A stretch of 64,000 nucleotides of DNA, taken from positions 11,718,001-11,782,000 of the forward strand of contig CM120642.1 in the NCBI GenBank assembly GCA_051362555.1, given 5' to 3'. Below the pieces are notes generated by a model. It did not search any database, was not told the DNA's origin, and saw nothing but the letters and a program-made list of their open reading frames with translations. Shown here one piece after another: positions 1-12,915 of the stretch; positions within the stretch are counted from its first letter, which is position 1, and each line of letters begins with the position of its first letter. Position numbers and translations under genes: made by a program. The DNA is from Lingula anatina. Taxonomy: Eukaryota > Animalia > Brachiopoda.

Positions 1-3000
1 TTATAGAGCCTGTTCTCATGACCATAGCCAATAACTTCATTAGCGACAGGAATTCAGGAGAAGTAATGGCAGTAGGGTAGGTGTTAACACAGTTTAGTTG
101 GCAGATTGTACAAGGCATTCTATTTGCCTAATGTATTCTGAGTAAACTGAATATTTTTTACTCAAATTCTTTATAATATTTATTTCAGCAAAGTTTACAA
201 AATACATAAGGAAAATACATCAGGATAATAAAAATACATCAGGAAAATTTTTGTATATGTATTTATGTAAATATATTATATTTTCAGTTTAAATGCAGTT
301 AGAGAAGTCTGTAGCAGGTGTCCGCTCTCCATGACAGACACCCTGCTCCAAGACCTTGTACAGTATAAAACACACAAGGATAAAAGTAAGAACTGATGCT
401 CTTGACATAGTTATCATGTGTGAAGTGTTAAAGGAGTGAAAGTTTACATACCTACCTAAAGATGAAATATTTAATGATAATGTGTAATTTGTAACTGAAA
501 AAAATAATTTATGAAAAAATTGGATTTGTTTTCGTATATAATTATTTCATTTTGAATTAGTTGAGATCTTTGGAAGAATATATTAACACCCTTTACTTCA
601 TGATTGGCAAAACAGCATTTTTCTTTCATTTAATGTTTTAATCTGGATTTTAACAATATTTCCAGGTGTCATGATGGCTGCACGCTCCTTAGTTCAGCTT
701 TTCAGACAAATCAATCCAGGACTTTTACACAAGAAAGATAGAGTATGAAAATGCAGCATTCTTTCATTTATAGAATTTAGCTACACTCATTATTTTAATA
801 TGACAACTTTGGATTTACCTTATATCATGTAGTGTAAATTAGTACCTTTGTTTGTAACAAATCTTTCAGATGTTCGCTGAGTTACTAAGTGAGTTCTCAT
901 CACTTTGCTAATTTTGCAGGGCAAGCCCACCGAGGCCTCCGTGGACTTACATGTGAGGCAGTATGGGGAGCTAGATGCCAAGGACTATATTCCTGGTGCT
1001 GAAGTTATTAAACCTGAGCCAGACCAGAAAGAAGAGATAGAACAGGGTAAGAGATTAAGAACATCAGAATAACTGCCAATTGAAACTGTATTTTTGTTTT
1101 ACTTAAAAATTACTAAGAAGCACTATTTGGTTTAAAAAGGTTTTCTTTCAAAAATGAGCATGATTGGAGAATTTACACAGAAGTTATTGATTTTCTTACA
1201 TATTTTTTGCATTTAGTTTTGTGACATTTTCCCCATGGCCACAAGTACCATTTTTTGTGAGAAAAAAGTATTGCACTTGCATTAAAAGCCAGTATTTTAT
1301 AGGATGTAGTTAATTGATTACTCTTTTTTCTGAACCAGTATCATGCACCTTTTTTTTTTCAAAAGTAAATCTTATAAGATTTTTTGATTTCATATATCTG
1401 ACAAAAAGTGTTGCTCATATTGCAACTATGTCACATCTAACACAACTAAATGTGATGCATGCATTTTAAAGCCAGTACTTTATAGGGTGTTGTTAACTGA
1501 TAACACTTTTCTAAACCAGAATAATTCTTGCATATTTTTATTTAATATTTATTATTTAAAATATTGACTGTCAAAATTATAAACAGATATATATTTTTGA
1601 ACAGGAAAGGTATAATTTTTTATATATTGAAATGTTCCAGAAGACTGGGAAGATTGCAGCGATGATGACAGTGATGGCAGTGGAGAGTGGGTGGATATCC
1701 ATCATTCTTCAGATGAGGAGGCTCAAGTATGACTTTCCGTCTTTCCTCTCTTAACTGTTGAAATGAATTTGTGTAAATCAATAGCTGCAAAAAGATGTTT
1801 TGTACCACCAGATATTTTGTCTAGTGTAAAATAATGTAAATTTATCAAATGCTGTAAATGTTGACAGATGTTCAGGTAAGGGTAAAAACTACTTTTTATA
1901 ATTTCTGTGCACTTATTTCAGGATGCTGAAACAGAACAACTGAATCCAGAGGAAAAGTTAAAACGTGCTCAAGAAGTGTCGTCTGCTCGTATCCTGACGC
2001 AGGAAGACTTCAAACAAATTAGACTGGCTCAGATGAGAAAAGAGGTAGAGGGTGCTGTTAAGGGAAAAGGGAAGAAGAGGAAAAGTACGACAAAAACTGT
2101 GGATATTGATGCAGATGATGAACAGGAAGGGTAGGTATTATTTTTTATTTATTTTTTTTTTCACTGACATGATAAGATTATTTGCTGACTTTTATTCCTC
2201 CTTCAGAATGTCCAGGATTATTGATTTGTCCTAGGGGGTAAAGGGTAAATTATAATGAATTAACAAATCAATAGTTGATTTACTACAGAATTTAACAGAA
2301 AAAAAAACTTTCTCGTGAAGATGACGTTGGACTCTTTTTCATCTTAACATAACTGAAGTTATCCCGTGAATTTTGAAAATTCTTCAAATAAACTAAGTAC
2401 AGCCTTTTAGGTTTAGAGAAAAGGTAAGTAAAAAAGGAAAAATAGATAAAATGACTAGATATACTTTTTTGTTATTTTCAGAGGTGATTTGGTAAAGTTG
2501 ACTTCCATAGAGTTGGTCCACAAAAGACCCCGGCATGACAAAGAGTCCCGGTTGGCCACAGTCTTGGTAAGTTTTAATGTCAAGTTTATATATAGAATTC
2601 TCCAAAATCTTCAGGGCAGGTTTCACACGTGTGGTCATAGTCTAAGCACAAGTGTGATTTTAACCTCATTTTGAAACGATGCTTTTACATCATGCTCTTC
2701 CAAATTGCTTTCTTTTCTGCTGTTAGCATACTGAAATGGCAAAGAGAAGAAGAAAAAACGGTCATATGCTTTAATTGATTTGTTTGCACTCCACCTACTT
2801 AATCTCTCCCCCAGGCTGGCAGGAAGGACAGGGAGAAGTTCGGTCACAAGGAGAGAGCAAACCCCAGAGCCAGCACCACTAATAAAGAGAAAAAGAAAAA
2901 GAAACCATTCATGATGGTCAAACAGAAAATATTGAGGAAGCAGAAAAGATCGTTTAAAGATAAACAGGTGAGTGTTTGAACAAGAACGTTTATTTGCCAT

Positions 3001-3386
3001 GCCATTCTTGTGGGGTGCTACACGTTTTGAAGACGTCATAGTGGGAAAAGCCATTTATTTCTGTATTTTTCTGGAAGTGAATTAACTGTGACCGTGAGGC
3101 AAATGAAGCTTTACCTTTTTCTTTGTCTTGTCTATAATTGAAGAATTTGTCATGCTGTTGGCATTTCCCAGAATTACAGGTTTTGTTGAAAATTAATTCA
3201 TTAAGTAAGCAGTCTGATGCCCAAAAGTAATTTTCTAATCAATAAGTCCTTTCTGACGCGAAGCTCTCGCCTTATGATCTTACGACTCGCAAGTTTTAAT
3301 TATTTTCCATTTGTATTCACGGGTCTTTTTATTTTCAGGTGGCATTGAAGAATTCTTTGTTAAAGAAACAGAAGTTCCAGAGGTGA
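1..3386 (+). CDS. SDAD1: Protein SDA1 homolog (60S ribosome biogenesis), 3' part; gene starts upstream of the window
   Basis: Exons <1-76, 288-385, 666-742, 920-1046, 1641-1726, 1922-2130, 2482-2566, 2815-2967, 3339-3386, all GT-AG with matching phases. They translate to [37 protein letters not shown]...[29 protein letters not shown]...[12 protein letters not shown]...[14 protein letters not shown]...[15 protein letters not shown]...LLKKQKFQR*, which contains the SDA1 family motifs as I recall them. Confidence 0.95.
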
Positions 3387-4017
3387 CAGGCTGTTTGCTA
3401 ACCTCTTAGATGAAAATAACAGGATAACACGAGCAACATAGATAAGGGCAGGATCGGCATCCGTCGTTATAGAATTAAGAAATTGCTGAAAACAAGGGAT
3501 ATTGCATGATTTCTTGTTGTTAACCCATTGCACTCAGCTAGAACGGTGTCAACCTTTGATTAAAACAACGCCTGATCATTCCAACTGCTGCATTCATCCC
3601 GTCGACTTGATAATGATCAAATGACTGCGCTTGACTTTGAGCCCCAGACCAAGATGTTGGCTGTCCTCTCCGTAATCTCTCAAGAAGCGTAACTGTTCTC
3701 TTAGAATGGTCACTGTCGTTTTCATCAGATATCGGTCATATATACTCGATCAATATTTACTTTGCGACTTGTATTTAATTATCAAAATGGAATTACTATT
3801 TACTTAGCAATGGGTGTATCGTGCTTCCCAAACCACTCAATGATGCACAGCCGTGAAAGGTGGCAGGTTTGTATCAGTGGGGGTTCGAGGGGGGTTCACA
3901 AAGATTAGGGATGCTGCAGTCCTAAGCGAATGGCAGTCGTAACTTCGTTGGTATTTTTTTCTATGGCATTTTCCCGTAATTAAAAGCAATGAGGATGTGT
4001 AAATTGCTATTATATAG

Positions 4018-4023
4018 AATAAA
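4018..4023 (+). terminator. Candidate polyadenylation signal (AATAAA) of SDAD1
   Basis: First canonical AATAAA I found after the SDAD1 stop at 3386; it lies just before the convergent channel gene. Confidence 0.5.
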
Positions 4024-4109
4024 ACAATCTACTGGAGTCTTTCACTTAATCGAAGTTTGAATTTTTATTATAAAGTGCCAATTTTTGATGAAAATAGCTT
4101 TGAAATGTT

Positions 4110-7100
4110 TTATATGCTGGTCAGGTAAACTAACCAGTAGACAATGTTGAAAGAGAAGAATAACACTGGAAACGCGATCCGGGACACATAGTCTACTTTT
4201 TCTGAAGGCGTTTGTTTGTGTTCGTAATTGGCACTTTGAATTGTGGATAATCTGTCCGAGAGTTCCTCCTTTTCAAATTGAGATTCCACTGGAGTGATGG
4301 ACTGATCTTTTTGTGTGTCCTGAAATATAACAGAAAACGATTTTAACTCTGATGAATCGCGATTCACTTGGTGCTGCATTGTCATTCATCTGATACATTA
4401 AAGCAAGTTGGGTCATTTACGAAAGTCTATATTTAAGTTATTTAATTCGGAAGTATATTGTATCGCAAGAGTTGGTCCGTTAATGAGCTGTGCAGTTCTT
4501 TCTTGAATAAATGTATTCTGTGAATATAAAAAAAATGTTAATTGGGGCTAGGGGGGTCTCCAATAAAGAAGTTTATCCCGACAGCAATGAAGGACTGGAG
4601 AAAAAATATTCGGAGAAATAAACTGGAGTCTGTAATCCACAAATTCTCACCTTTGAAATGTCACCGTTGGAGCTCAAACGGTTCAAACTTTGATGTGCGA
4701 TCTTTTCTTTGTGCCTTCGCTCCCTTTGAAGCATCACATTGACCACTGCGTATTCTAACATAGAGCCCACCACGAACACCAGACAAACTGAGAGCCACAC
4801 GTCTATTGCCTTGATGTAAGACACCTTTGAAATGAAAAAATATTACAAACAACAATATCACTTTGCAGATTTAGGAGACAGAATTACACTTGTTTTAACA
4901 TTAAAATGAGATTGTCAACTCGCCTTTCATCGATCTTAACACATATATGAGAGAGGAAAGTGAAGGATGTGGGGGTGGGGGTGGGGGGGGGGGGAGGACA
5001 TAATGAAACGAACCCATCGACGATATACATATTCCAAGTGGGCTGGAACATGTAAGAGAGAGATGGAGAGAGAGAAGCTCCAGTCTTGCTAGAAAATATG
5101 AGTTGTGTTATATACGTCCGCAATCACCTTTGGTAGACGGTCTTGAAGTGTCACGCTCTGGGTTGTCACTGTAAGGATGGTGACGATTCCAACCGTTGTC
5201 CTTGCTGGAACAGCTGTGGCATCTATCCAGAAGTTGACAAATGACAACAGGACAACGATGACACTCGGCAAGTAGACATTCAGGATATAGTAGCGTAAAT
5301 CTCTGGTGACATGGAGGTCCATGTAGAGGCACGTGAACGATCCTAGATATGACAAGAATTTGTTCAGTCCGTCGGTGTATGTAACGTATAAATATCAGAA
5401 ATCATTTGCCTTTTTAGCTGCGTTAAGAGCAATTACTCAATAAAGGAGCATAGTAAAAGTAATTTTATAGATTGTAGGTAAGCTTTAAAACGATTTAAAA
5501 TAGGTAGTAAACGGTTCCAATTATTTCTTGGTTGAAAAGTTTGATTTGTTTATTCTTTAATCAGTAATTTCAAAATCGAAAAAGCCAATGTAATTTGCAT
5601 ACGAACTGTTTCTTTCAATAATGTGACAACGGCATTAGAAATAACGGACGGAAATACGTTATTCCTCTACAGTCTCGATTGCTCGAAACAGGTCCAGTGA
5701 TAGTTTTTCTAATCTTCATAACTACTTTAATTACCTGTCGAGTAAACTGCGGTGCAGTCCCCTGTAGAAATACCGTCCAACTCAAATTCTGGGAGAGTGT
5801 TATCTAGGGTTTCGTCATATTGTACGCGATCTACCCATTTGAATATCAAGTCGGTCGTAGAGTGTGCATCTGTGGAAAAAACGGTGAGACAATCAAATGA
5901 CCAGTCCAGTAGATGGTCAACCAACAAATAGTTCCCTAAGGTGGCCTATGACTGGACTGATGACTGTCGGACATCTAAGTTGACCATTTGGGTGGATAAA
6001 ACAGTTGGGAAATCATTTTATTTTCGTTCAGTGAGCCTGTATGGAGATCTCCACAATTTAGTGATAGTTTGGAACGATGAAGTGACTTAGTAAACAGTAT
6101 CGAAAGTAAATTAATGAAAAAGAAAGGTAATTATTGAGAAAAGTGGTTAATATGAAAAGCGACGTTAAATACGGGCAGCTGCATTTCATTATACAAAATA
6201 CAATCATTGTGTTGCAAAATGTAAAACGTAACCAAAAACGGGTCTGCAAAAGGCCGCCGAAACACCTAGAACTTTTCATTGCAGTTTAATGAGAATACTG
6301 CAGGAATTAAGATGTTATACTGGATAGGTATAAGTACGTAGAAAGTCAAACCAGGTAGTATGGATACCTACAGCTCTCCATCTTAATCCGACATGTTTGA
6401 TTATCCATCGGAAACTTCACCAGATCGAATTCGCAATTTAGTGTTGCTGACAATCTGGAAGAGATAAAATACAGAACCAGCCGAGAGGTGAATTTTATCA
6501 TAGTAGCCTAGTAGGTTATGCAAAATGAGCACTGGCAATTTTTCAATACACTGACTATCATGAAAATATTAAATTAAATTTTAATTACATTTTAAAGTCT
6601 CAGGTCAGATATGAATTACCTCTGAGAGTAAAGAACGTCCCCCTTAGGCGATATTCGTATCATTAAGTTGGGTAAGGTAATGGTGTGAAAGGAGGACTTC
6701 TTCTCGTTTGAAAAGAACAAGTCGGGTACCCAGATATGGTTCCGCTGAGACTCAGACAGAGTCAGCATCTTGTCGTTGGTTGCGTTCGGGTGGGCTAGGC
6801 GGGGCTCTTTCCACATCTGTCGCAAGTAGAAATTTATGCCGAATTCCTGCAAAGAAATTTGATATAGAATCCAACAGCGTACTACGAATTTTCTAGGTGA
6901 AAATTATACTATTTGGTCAATTTTTATAAAAAAAAAAAGACAGAAAAACTGCAAGAAAGAAAGACTGAAAGGAAGACAGAAGGATTGGACAACCTGAGGA
7001 TTGGATAACATTTGCAAATTTTGCGGTTTTGTGCCTTCGCTGTAGTCACGATTTGGTTTCGCTTTTCTTAAAATATTGATGGGATTACAACATAAAATGT

Positions 7101-10100
7101 CTAATTGGACACGAATGTTTGTCTGACAATCTTTGATTTTCCAAGTAAGAAGACTATTATGCTTCTAATGATCTAGGAATTCCATGTAAAGAGGGAAGTT
7201 ATTCACGATTGTGTAAATGTACATGTGATGGAGTACAGAGAATATCTACAAATATCTATTAATAAGGTACTGATAAAACGCAAATAATTAGCAACAAATA
7301 CACAAACGATCTCATCCCTTTTTCTTGTATCTCTTTATAATGTATATTGTATAACGCTACATTTAAATTTTCATTTATTTACTTTCATTACTATTATCCT
7401 ATATGTAAAGTACATAGTACTTAGAGAGCCTTTAAGTGTAAAAACATTTCTGTGCTGAATAAAATTATTATTATTATTATTATTATTATTACTAAATACC
7501 CGACAGGCTACTAGATATTCGAGGGTTTATCTCTCGCTGAACTGTTTATTGAAGGTCATTAAGTATATAGGATAACTTTTCATATGATATCTCACAGACC
7601 ATTTGTTCTCACGCTAACCTACCCCACCCCACCACAAGCGTTCCAAAAGTTTTCTGAATTGTATCTATGTGGAGCTGGCGACACCCCGTGGTTAAACTTT
7701 ATGACAGCGATATCACTTCAAAGAACCAGAAAACACAGCCACAACAAAAGATTCTTTAGAAAGAGAGACAATACATTAATCAAGGCGTGCTTGCCTGTTA
7801 TATATTTGATGTCGAGGGAGTATTAATTGTACAGTATCAGAATACGGTATTTCCTCGACTATGCCAAACAAATCTAATCAATTCTCTTCCTAGATACCAC
7901 TTTTTGTAATGCCGGGAAAATTAAATACGTGAACCGTTAGAAACAAGTATAGATTATCCTAACTACCATATTAAACTGATTCATTCGTTAATATATTTGT
8001 TCAGTTAGGCCCATGTCTAAACTCAAGATCCTGGTGAGTTCCCGTGAAGTAGAAGATCAGTCAAAGCTAAAGCAAATCGTGAGTGGCACGCATTCAATTT
8101 GTTGTTCAAATTAACGATTAGATCACAATTGTCACGTTGGGAAGCCTTCAGCTATTCAGTGGATCAAACGAATGAACACATAACGGTTAGATGGTCGGCC
8201 ATTCAGGAGTAAATGAAGATAGCCATGGACAGAACGTCTGTGTAACTCAGAGACAAATAATGTGTCTAAAAGTTTCATTTTGTTCTATCCCTTTCAAGGA
8301 CCTTATTAGTGAAATTTAAATCGATAGAATTCAGCAAAATGTAATATATAACGCCACCAATAAAAAAGGAAATGATGTTGATGCATAACCTAAATCTAGT
8401 TTTCTAAAAGCAAGTACGTTTTATCAAAAAATTCATCCTTTTATGATAAACGACCTGAAATGATTATTTGTCCTTCCCCTTCAGATAGAATAGGCGAAGG
8501 GCATGAAGCATTTAATTGAACCGACTGGACCACGTCAATCTTTATTTTTCACCTCACGCCCAAACTCAAAACACTGTATGCAAACCCGACAGACTACCCT
8601 GAACCAATTTTTTATTTCATTTTCTTCGGTTGGGACAATCTTTTCTTTATTTCTCGTCATGAAGAGCCAGTGTGCGTGAACAAAGTTAACATGAATACAT
8701 TTATACTTACCATGGCTGCCGCATTGATGTCGGTTATAGAACTGAGCAATATGTCGACAGTCACGACGGTTGGCTTTCCTTTTTTTTTTGAAAAAATAAA
8801 ATTAATAAATAAATAAAACGTAACAGAATTCTGTTAAATCTTGATTTATGAAAAGGAAAATGTCAATTAAATATCAATTAAAAACAGGCACTAGTATGAA
8901 ATAAATGAAATGAAATATAATAGCAATATAATAGCGAAGGGAGGTATTTCTGCATACAAGCTTATATGATATTTAACATGATTATTCTTGATCAACATTA
9001 ACAGGAGAAAACATCAATATTTACGAAATATAACAATTACCGAAAATAATGTGCATTATTTGGGTTGAGGAAAAGTTCTCGTGTCTTTTACATGAGAATG
9101 TTTTACCTGGAAATCATTAAATAATAAAAGATGCCGAAATGATAAGTAACTCGAACATCCAATTCAGGGCAATACCTTCAGTGAACTGCGGTCTGATCCG
9201 CTTGTCGTATGTAAGATTCAACAGGTGCTCCAAGAATTCTATTTGTTCCATATACTCAGAGCTTTTTTCACTGGTCGCATTTTGCCTGGAATTGTCAATA
9301 AAGAATGATACATAATTTATCAAATTAATTGTTCCCAAAACATTTAGTCGCTCTCCTTGTTTTGTGAATACCCACTTTACAAAGAGCAGCAAACGATTTT
9401 TCTTGTTTTGATGTTTACATCTTGAGTCGGTTGGTTTGCTTCAAATAACACATCGCTTAGATAAATACCTATATTTATTTGGAGAAGAGAAAATTGCCTT
9501 TTAAAGCAAAGCTCATGGTCACGCCCGAATTGCTATCCTTTAAAAACTTCGTCACACCAAACTGGACTAAAATAAGTAGCTTTCTCTTCCCTCTTCCCTC
9601 TCTTCCTTCCCCTCTTCTACCTTCTTTCTTCCCTTTATTCCTCCCTGCCGGCACCCATTTTATCTCCCTTTTTGATTTCCCTCTCTCATTTCCCTGTTCC
9701 GAATTAAAACAAAACATTTTACTCTTGTTTAAATCTCTTAAACGCAACCTCCGTTTTATTTAATCTTTTAAATCTCTGAGTAACGTGGGAGCCTGGATTA
9801 GACATCGTATGATGAGGGGGTGACACTATAGTCTTCAAGCATCAACTTGCGCAACTCAGACCTAAAACTATATTTTGTTTAAGTCACCATTGGCGTTGTC
9901 TGAAAAATAAACCTTGGATTTCATATAAAGCATATAAAGCAGCAACTTAAAAAAAAATGCAACTGAAATGCTAAGCCAACTAGACACGGTGCCTCCCCTG
10001 CTTCTTTTATAATATTTTACTTGGTATGTGTTTAGCAACCTGGACAAAGGCTGCTATAAAGGTAGTGTTGAATGTAAAAAACCTTGACCCTTTCATTTTG

Positions 10101-12915
10101 ATTTGTTGCATTCACGGAAGGCAAATAGTTCGTCAAGCGTTATGATTTCATTTTATTACTGTTGTTGAAATATTACAAGCCGTGTGAAAATTTAGTTTCT
10201 TCTGAAACGAAAATCACGTGGTTGTTTACACAAACGATTGTTCCTAACACTATTTTCCCTAAGACGCGACTTTCTATCAGAATTAAATGAGTCCGTCCTC
10301 CAAGTTGTTTCCATAACTTGTCCTGTGATCGATTGACATAATAATCACAATAATTTTAACACGAGTGAAAGGGGGAAGACATTTCATACAACTCCCACCA
10401 CAATCACGTGTCATTTTACTTTATGAAAATTATCTTCACGTTAGCTAAAGATTTGAAGAAAATCCTCGTCGAAAAGCGATCAGACTGGAAGATGTCAGAG
10501 CTAAAGACGTGACAGCCGTATACAACCTATTTATTTTTATGATACTGTTATTAATATAATATGCTTTGCAGTAAAACCCATTTCCATATCTCTGAGGGGC
10601 CATTCAGAATGAGAAATGTTGAGTGGTAGCTGGTCCACGGCCTAAATATGGCGCCCCTCCTACCCCTCCCCACGCGTCGTCCCTCGACAGGTCGCATTGA
10701 GACGAGTTTTAATACTGTGCCCCTGCAGGGATGACGCGTGGGGGGGGGGGGGGGTGTGGGGGGGTGGAAGAGGCGGAGAGACCATTACAGGATTAAGCGG
10801 TCTTCCTGTCATGTAGGTCCGCTATATTTAGGCCGTGGACCAACTAGCACTCCGCTCTTCTCATTCTGAATGGCCCCTCAGACGAAATGTCCTAAATATA
10901 TATTCGAAGAGAAACTATTATTGCAGTTTATCAAAGTGTAAGCCAGGTTGAATTCGCCTTGCTAATATGAAACTATAAACTATGTGAAATTATATATTAT
11001 ATCGTCCAATGTTCTATTGTCCTTACACTAAAGATGAGAAATGCAACGTTAATTTCAAAATAATGTAACTTGATATTCGAAAAGTACAGAGGTGGAAATC
11101 TTTGTGTTAAGGAAACAATAAATAAAAAGTATGTTGAAACGTTCCCTCGTAGAATAAACACGCTCTTAACGACGAAGCAATATGTTGATTTCTAGAAATG
11201 TTTTATTAATTCTTTAACCATGGCAACTCTCAAAGCTTTGACAATATAAACCAAAACACAATTTTCAACAAAGAAAATCTGTTATGATTAATGCGACAAA
11301 GTTATGAGTGTAGAATAAAATCAATTCACCTTTTCACATTGCCCAATCTCGCCTCCAATAAGTGTGAATCAAATGATTTTTTGTTATTTGTATATGGGTT
11401 ACCGTTCTCGAGACTATTGTGAGAGGGAGTTTATGAGATTGAATGTCCTAGCTCCATTCGCATTCTTTGCCCGAAGTTACAATCACATACGGCAGGAATA
11501 GATTTAAATGTAATATGAAACCATCTCGAGCAAAATATATTGTCGAGTCAATAGAGTTTCAGAGACACCTGTAGCATGCCCACCTCACTTTTCTTGGCCA
11601 TCAGTGCTATTGGTACTGTTATTTGCCCTTTTCAGGACAAACATAACTGGTGAACTGTTACAGGCCCCAAAGTACATTTTGCACTAGATAAGTGTGCTTG
11701 TTTCAGCTTATTCAGTTTGTGCTAAATTACAACTTGTTTTTCTGATCCAGCACCCTTTTTATCTTTACAATTTCACTTTCTCGATGTACTTATGTTGTGT
11801 TTCGTGTTGTACACGTGTATGGATTAAAGAATTTTATCTAAATTTCATAATAGATATTTGATACCACGCCCCAGACTGCTACTGTTTCCTTTTTATCTCT
11901 AGTAAGTACTCACTGGTCAGTGATGCAGAAATGCCTTTTTAGATAATGTGTATGATCAGCTGTAGGGTAGAGAGGGTACCCAGTTTTGATTTATAACTAA
12001 TATGACAGGAGCAAACAATCAATTTAAAGTTTACATTTCTAAGCCCGCAGATGCATATCATTCCTCTCTTGGTCTGTTAGACACAGCTTTGTGTATGGAC
12101 TGAAGGCATATAGACCCAGTGCCACCGTTTGTTTGGAAAGTCAGATTCGTCTTACGGATGATATAATCTCCTTTGCGACTACTGAAACGATTAATTTGTC
12201 CACCTGCTTAATCACCAGCAAATCTGGATATATTACAATATCACAACATTTGGCGAAAGGATAACAACGACAGTCTTACCACTAACTGTCATTTTGCGAT
12301 ACATATCTTTCGTGGAGTTGAATAACAAGTATAAGTCAAACAAATGTTCAAGCATTGTTCCGTTTCAAAAATGAGGAAATTAACCAATATCTTGAGTTTT
12401 CTTTCTTTTCACCAAACCCCTTACATCTTCCACATTTTTGTTCTTATTTACTGATGCAAAACTTTGATCAATTAGAATTATGATATGTTGCCAATTTCAA
12501 TTTGAGAAACTGGGACATTGAACGCCATGACTCTCCTTATTGTGTGTCGCCCTGTTAAAGCAAGTTTATTTACTTAATCCTACTGCAAATTAAAAACAAC
12601 ACCAACAGATCACAGCACACGAAAGAATTTTTCTTTGCTTTTTTTAACGTGATCTTAATAGTCCACCCTATACATACATTTGACGGTCATATAAAACTCC
12701 TGTAAACAGGGGTAAAAAAAAGAAAACACTATAAGTTAATATTGTGACAGGAATTATAGAACTGTATGGTAGAGTTTGTTCCTTCTCCCCTTCTCTTTGA
12801 AATAACGCCAACAAAAGGTACATAAAAAACGTACTTACGCCTCAGTAAGCATGCAACAGGCACCCAAGACGTAGCCAAGCAGTAAGCAGCTAACGAGAAA
12901 CCTCAGACGTTTCAT
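4110..12915 (-). CDS. Cys-loop ligand-gated chloride channel subunit, glycine receptor alpha-like (GlyR/GluCl group)
   Basis: Nine exons: 12915-12839 (signal peptide [26 protein letters not shown]), 9285-9176 (YDKRIRP), 8778-8711 (68 nt), 6846-6620 ([24 protein letters not shown]), 6454-6372 (83 nt, Cys-loop [15 protein letters not shown]), 5869-5735, 5342-5128 (215 nt; completes loop [13 protein letters not shown], then M1 and PAR-M2), 4824-4651 ([11 protein letters not shown]3), 4319-4110 (M4, SRIAFP...YW). The PAR motif indicates anion selectivity. The 68/83/215-nt exon sizes match the GlyR gene layout. Confidence 0.93.
7463..7490 (+). repeat. (TTA)n microsatellite preceded by AATAAA; possible 3' tail of a retroposon
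   Basis: gctgaataaaattattattattattattattattatt. Confidence 0.6.
10591..10882. mobile_element. MITE (non-autonomous DNA transposon, possibly PIF/Harbinger-like) in channel intron 1
   Basis: Perfect 25-nt terminal inverted repeat TCTGAGGGGCCATTCAGAATGAGAA (10591-10615) / TTCTCATTCTGAATGGCCCCTCAGA (10858-10882), extending imperfectly to about 70 nt. It also has an inner inverted repeat CCCCACGCGTCGTCCCT / AGGGATGACGCGTGGGG. A diverged copy lies at about 56961. Confidence 0.85.

Noticed and set aside
1270-1520. About 70-bp duplicated segment in an SDAD1 intron, considered as intronic snoRNAs
   Set aside because: The duplication is real, but there is no canonical box C (RTGATGA) and box D pair with a terminal stem, and no H/ACA layout.
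4320-4389. Upstream extension of the last channel exon (ORF 4110-4385 start; acceptor near 4390)
   Set aside because: The 4390 acceptor adds 70 nt and shifts the frame; the acceptor at 4319 is stronger and in phase.
7940-8010. Possible duplicate of the 68-nt exon, as in GLRA2 exons 3A/3B
   Set aside because: It has an in-frame stop and no similarity to the 8778-8711 exon.
11913-11959. Exon-like unit in channel intron 1 (ctacag| ... |gtgagt on -)
   Set aside because: Immediate stop in the required phase and no other support; at most a poison or cryptic exon.
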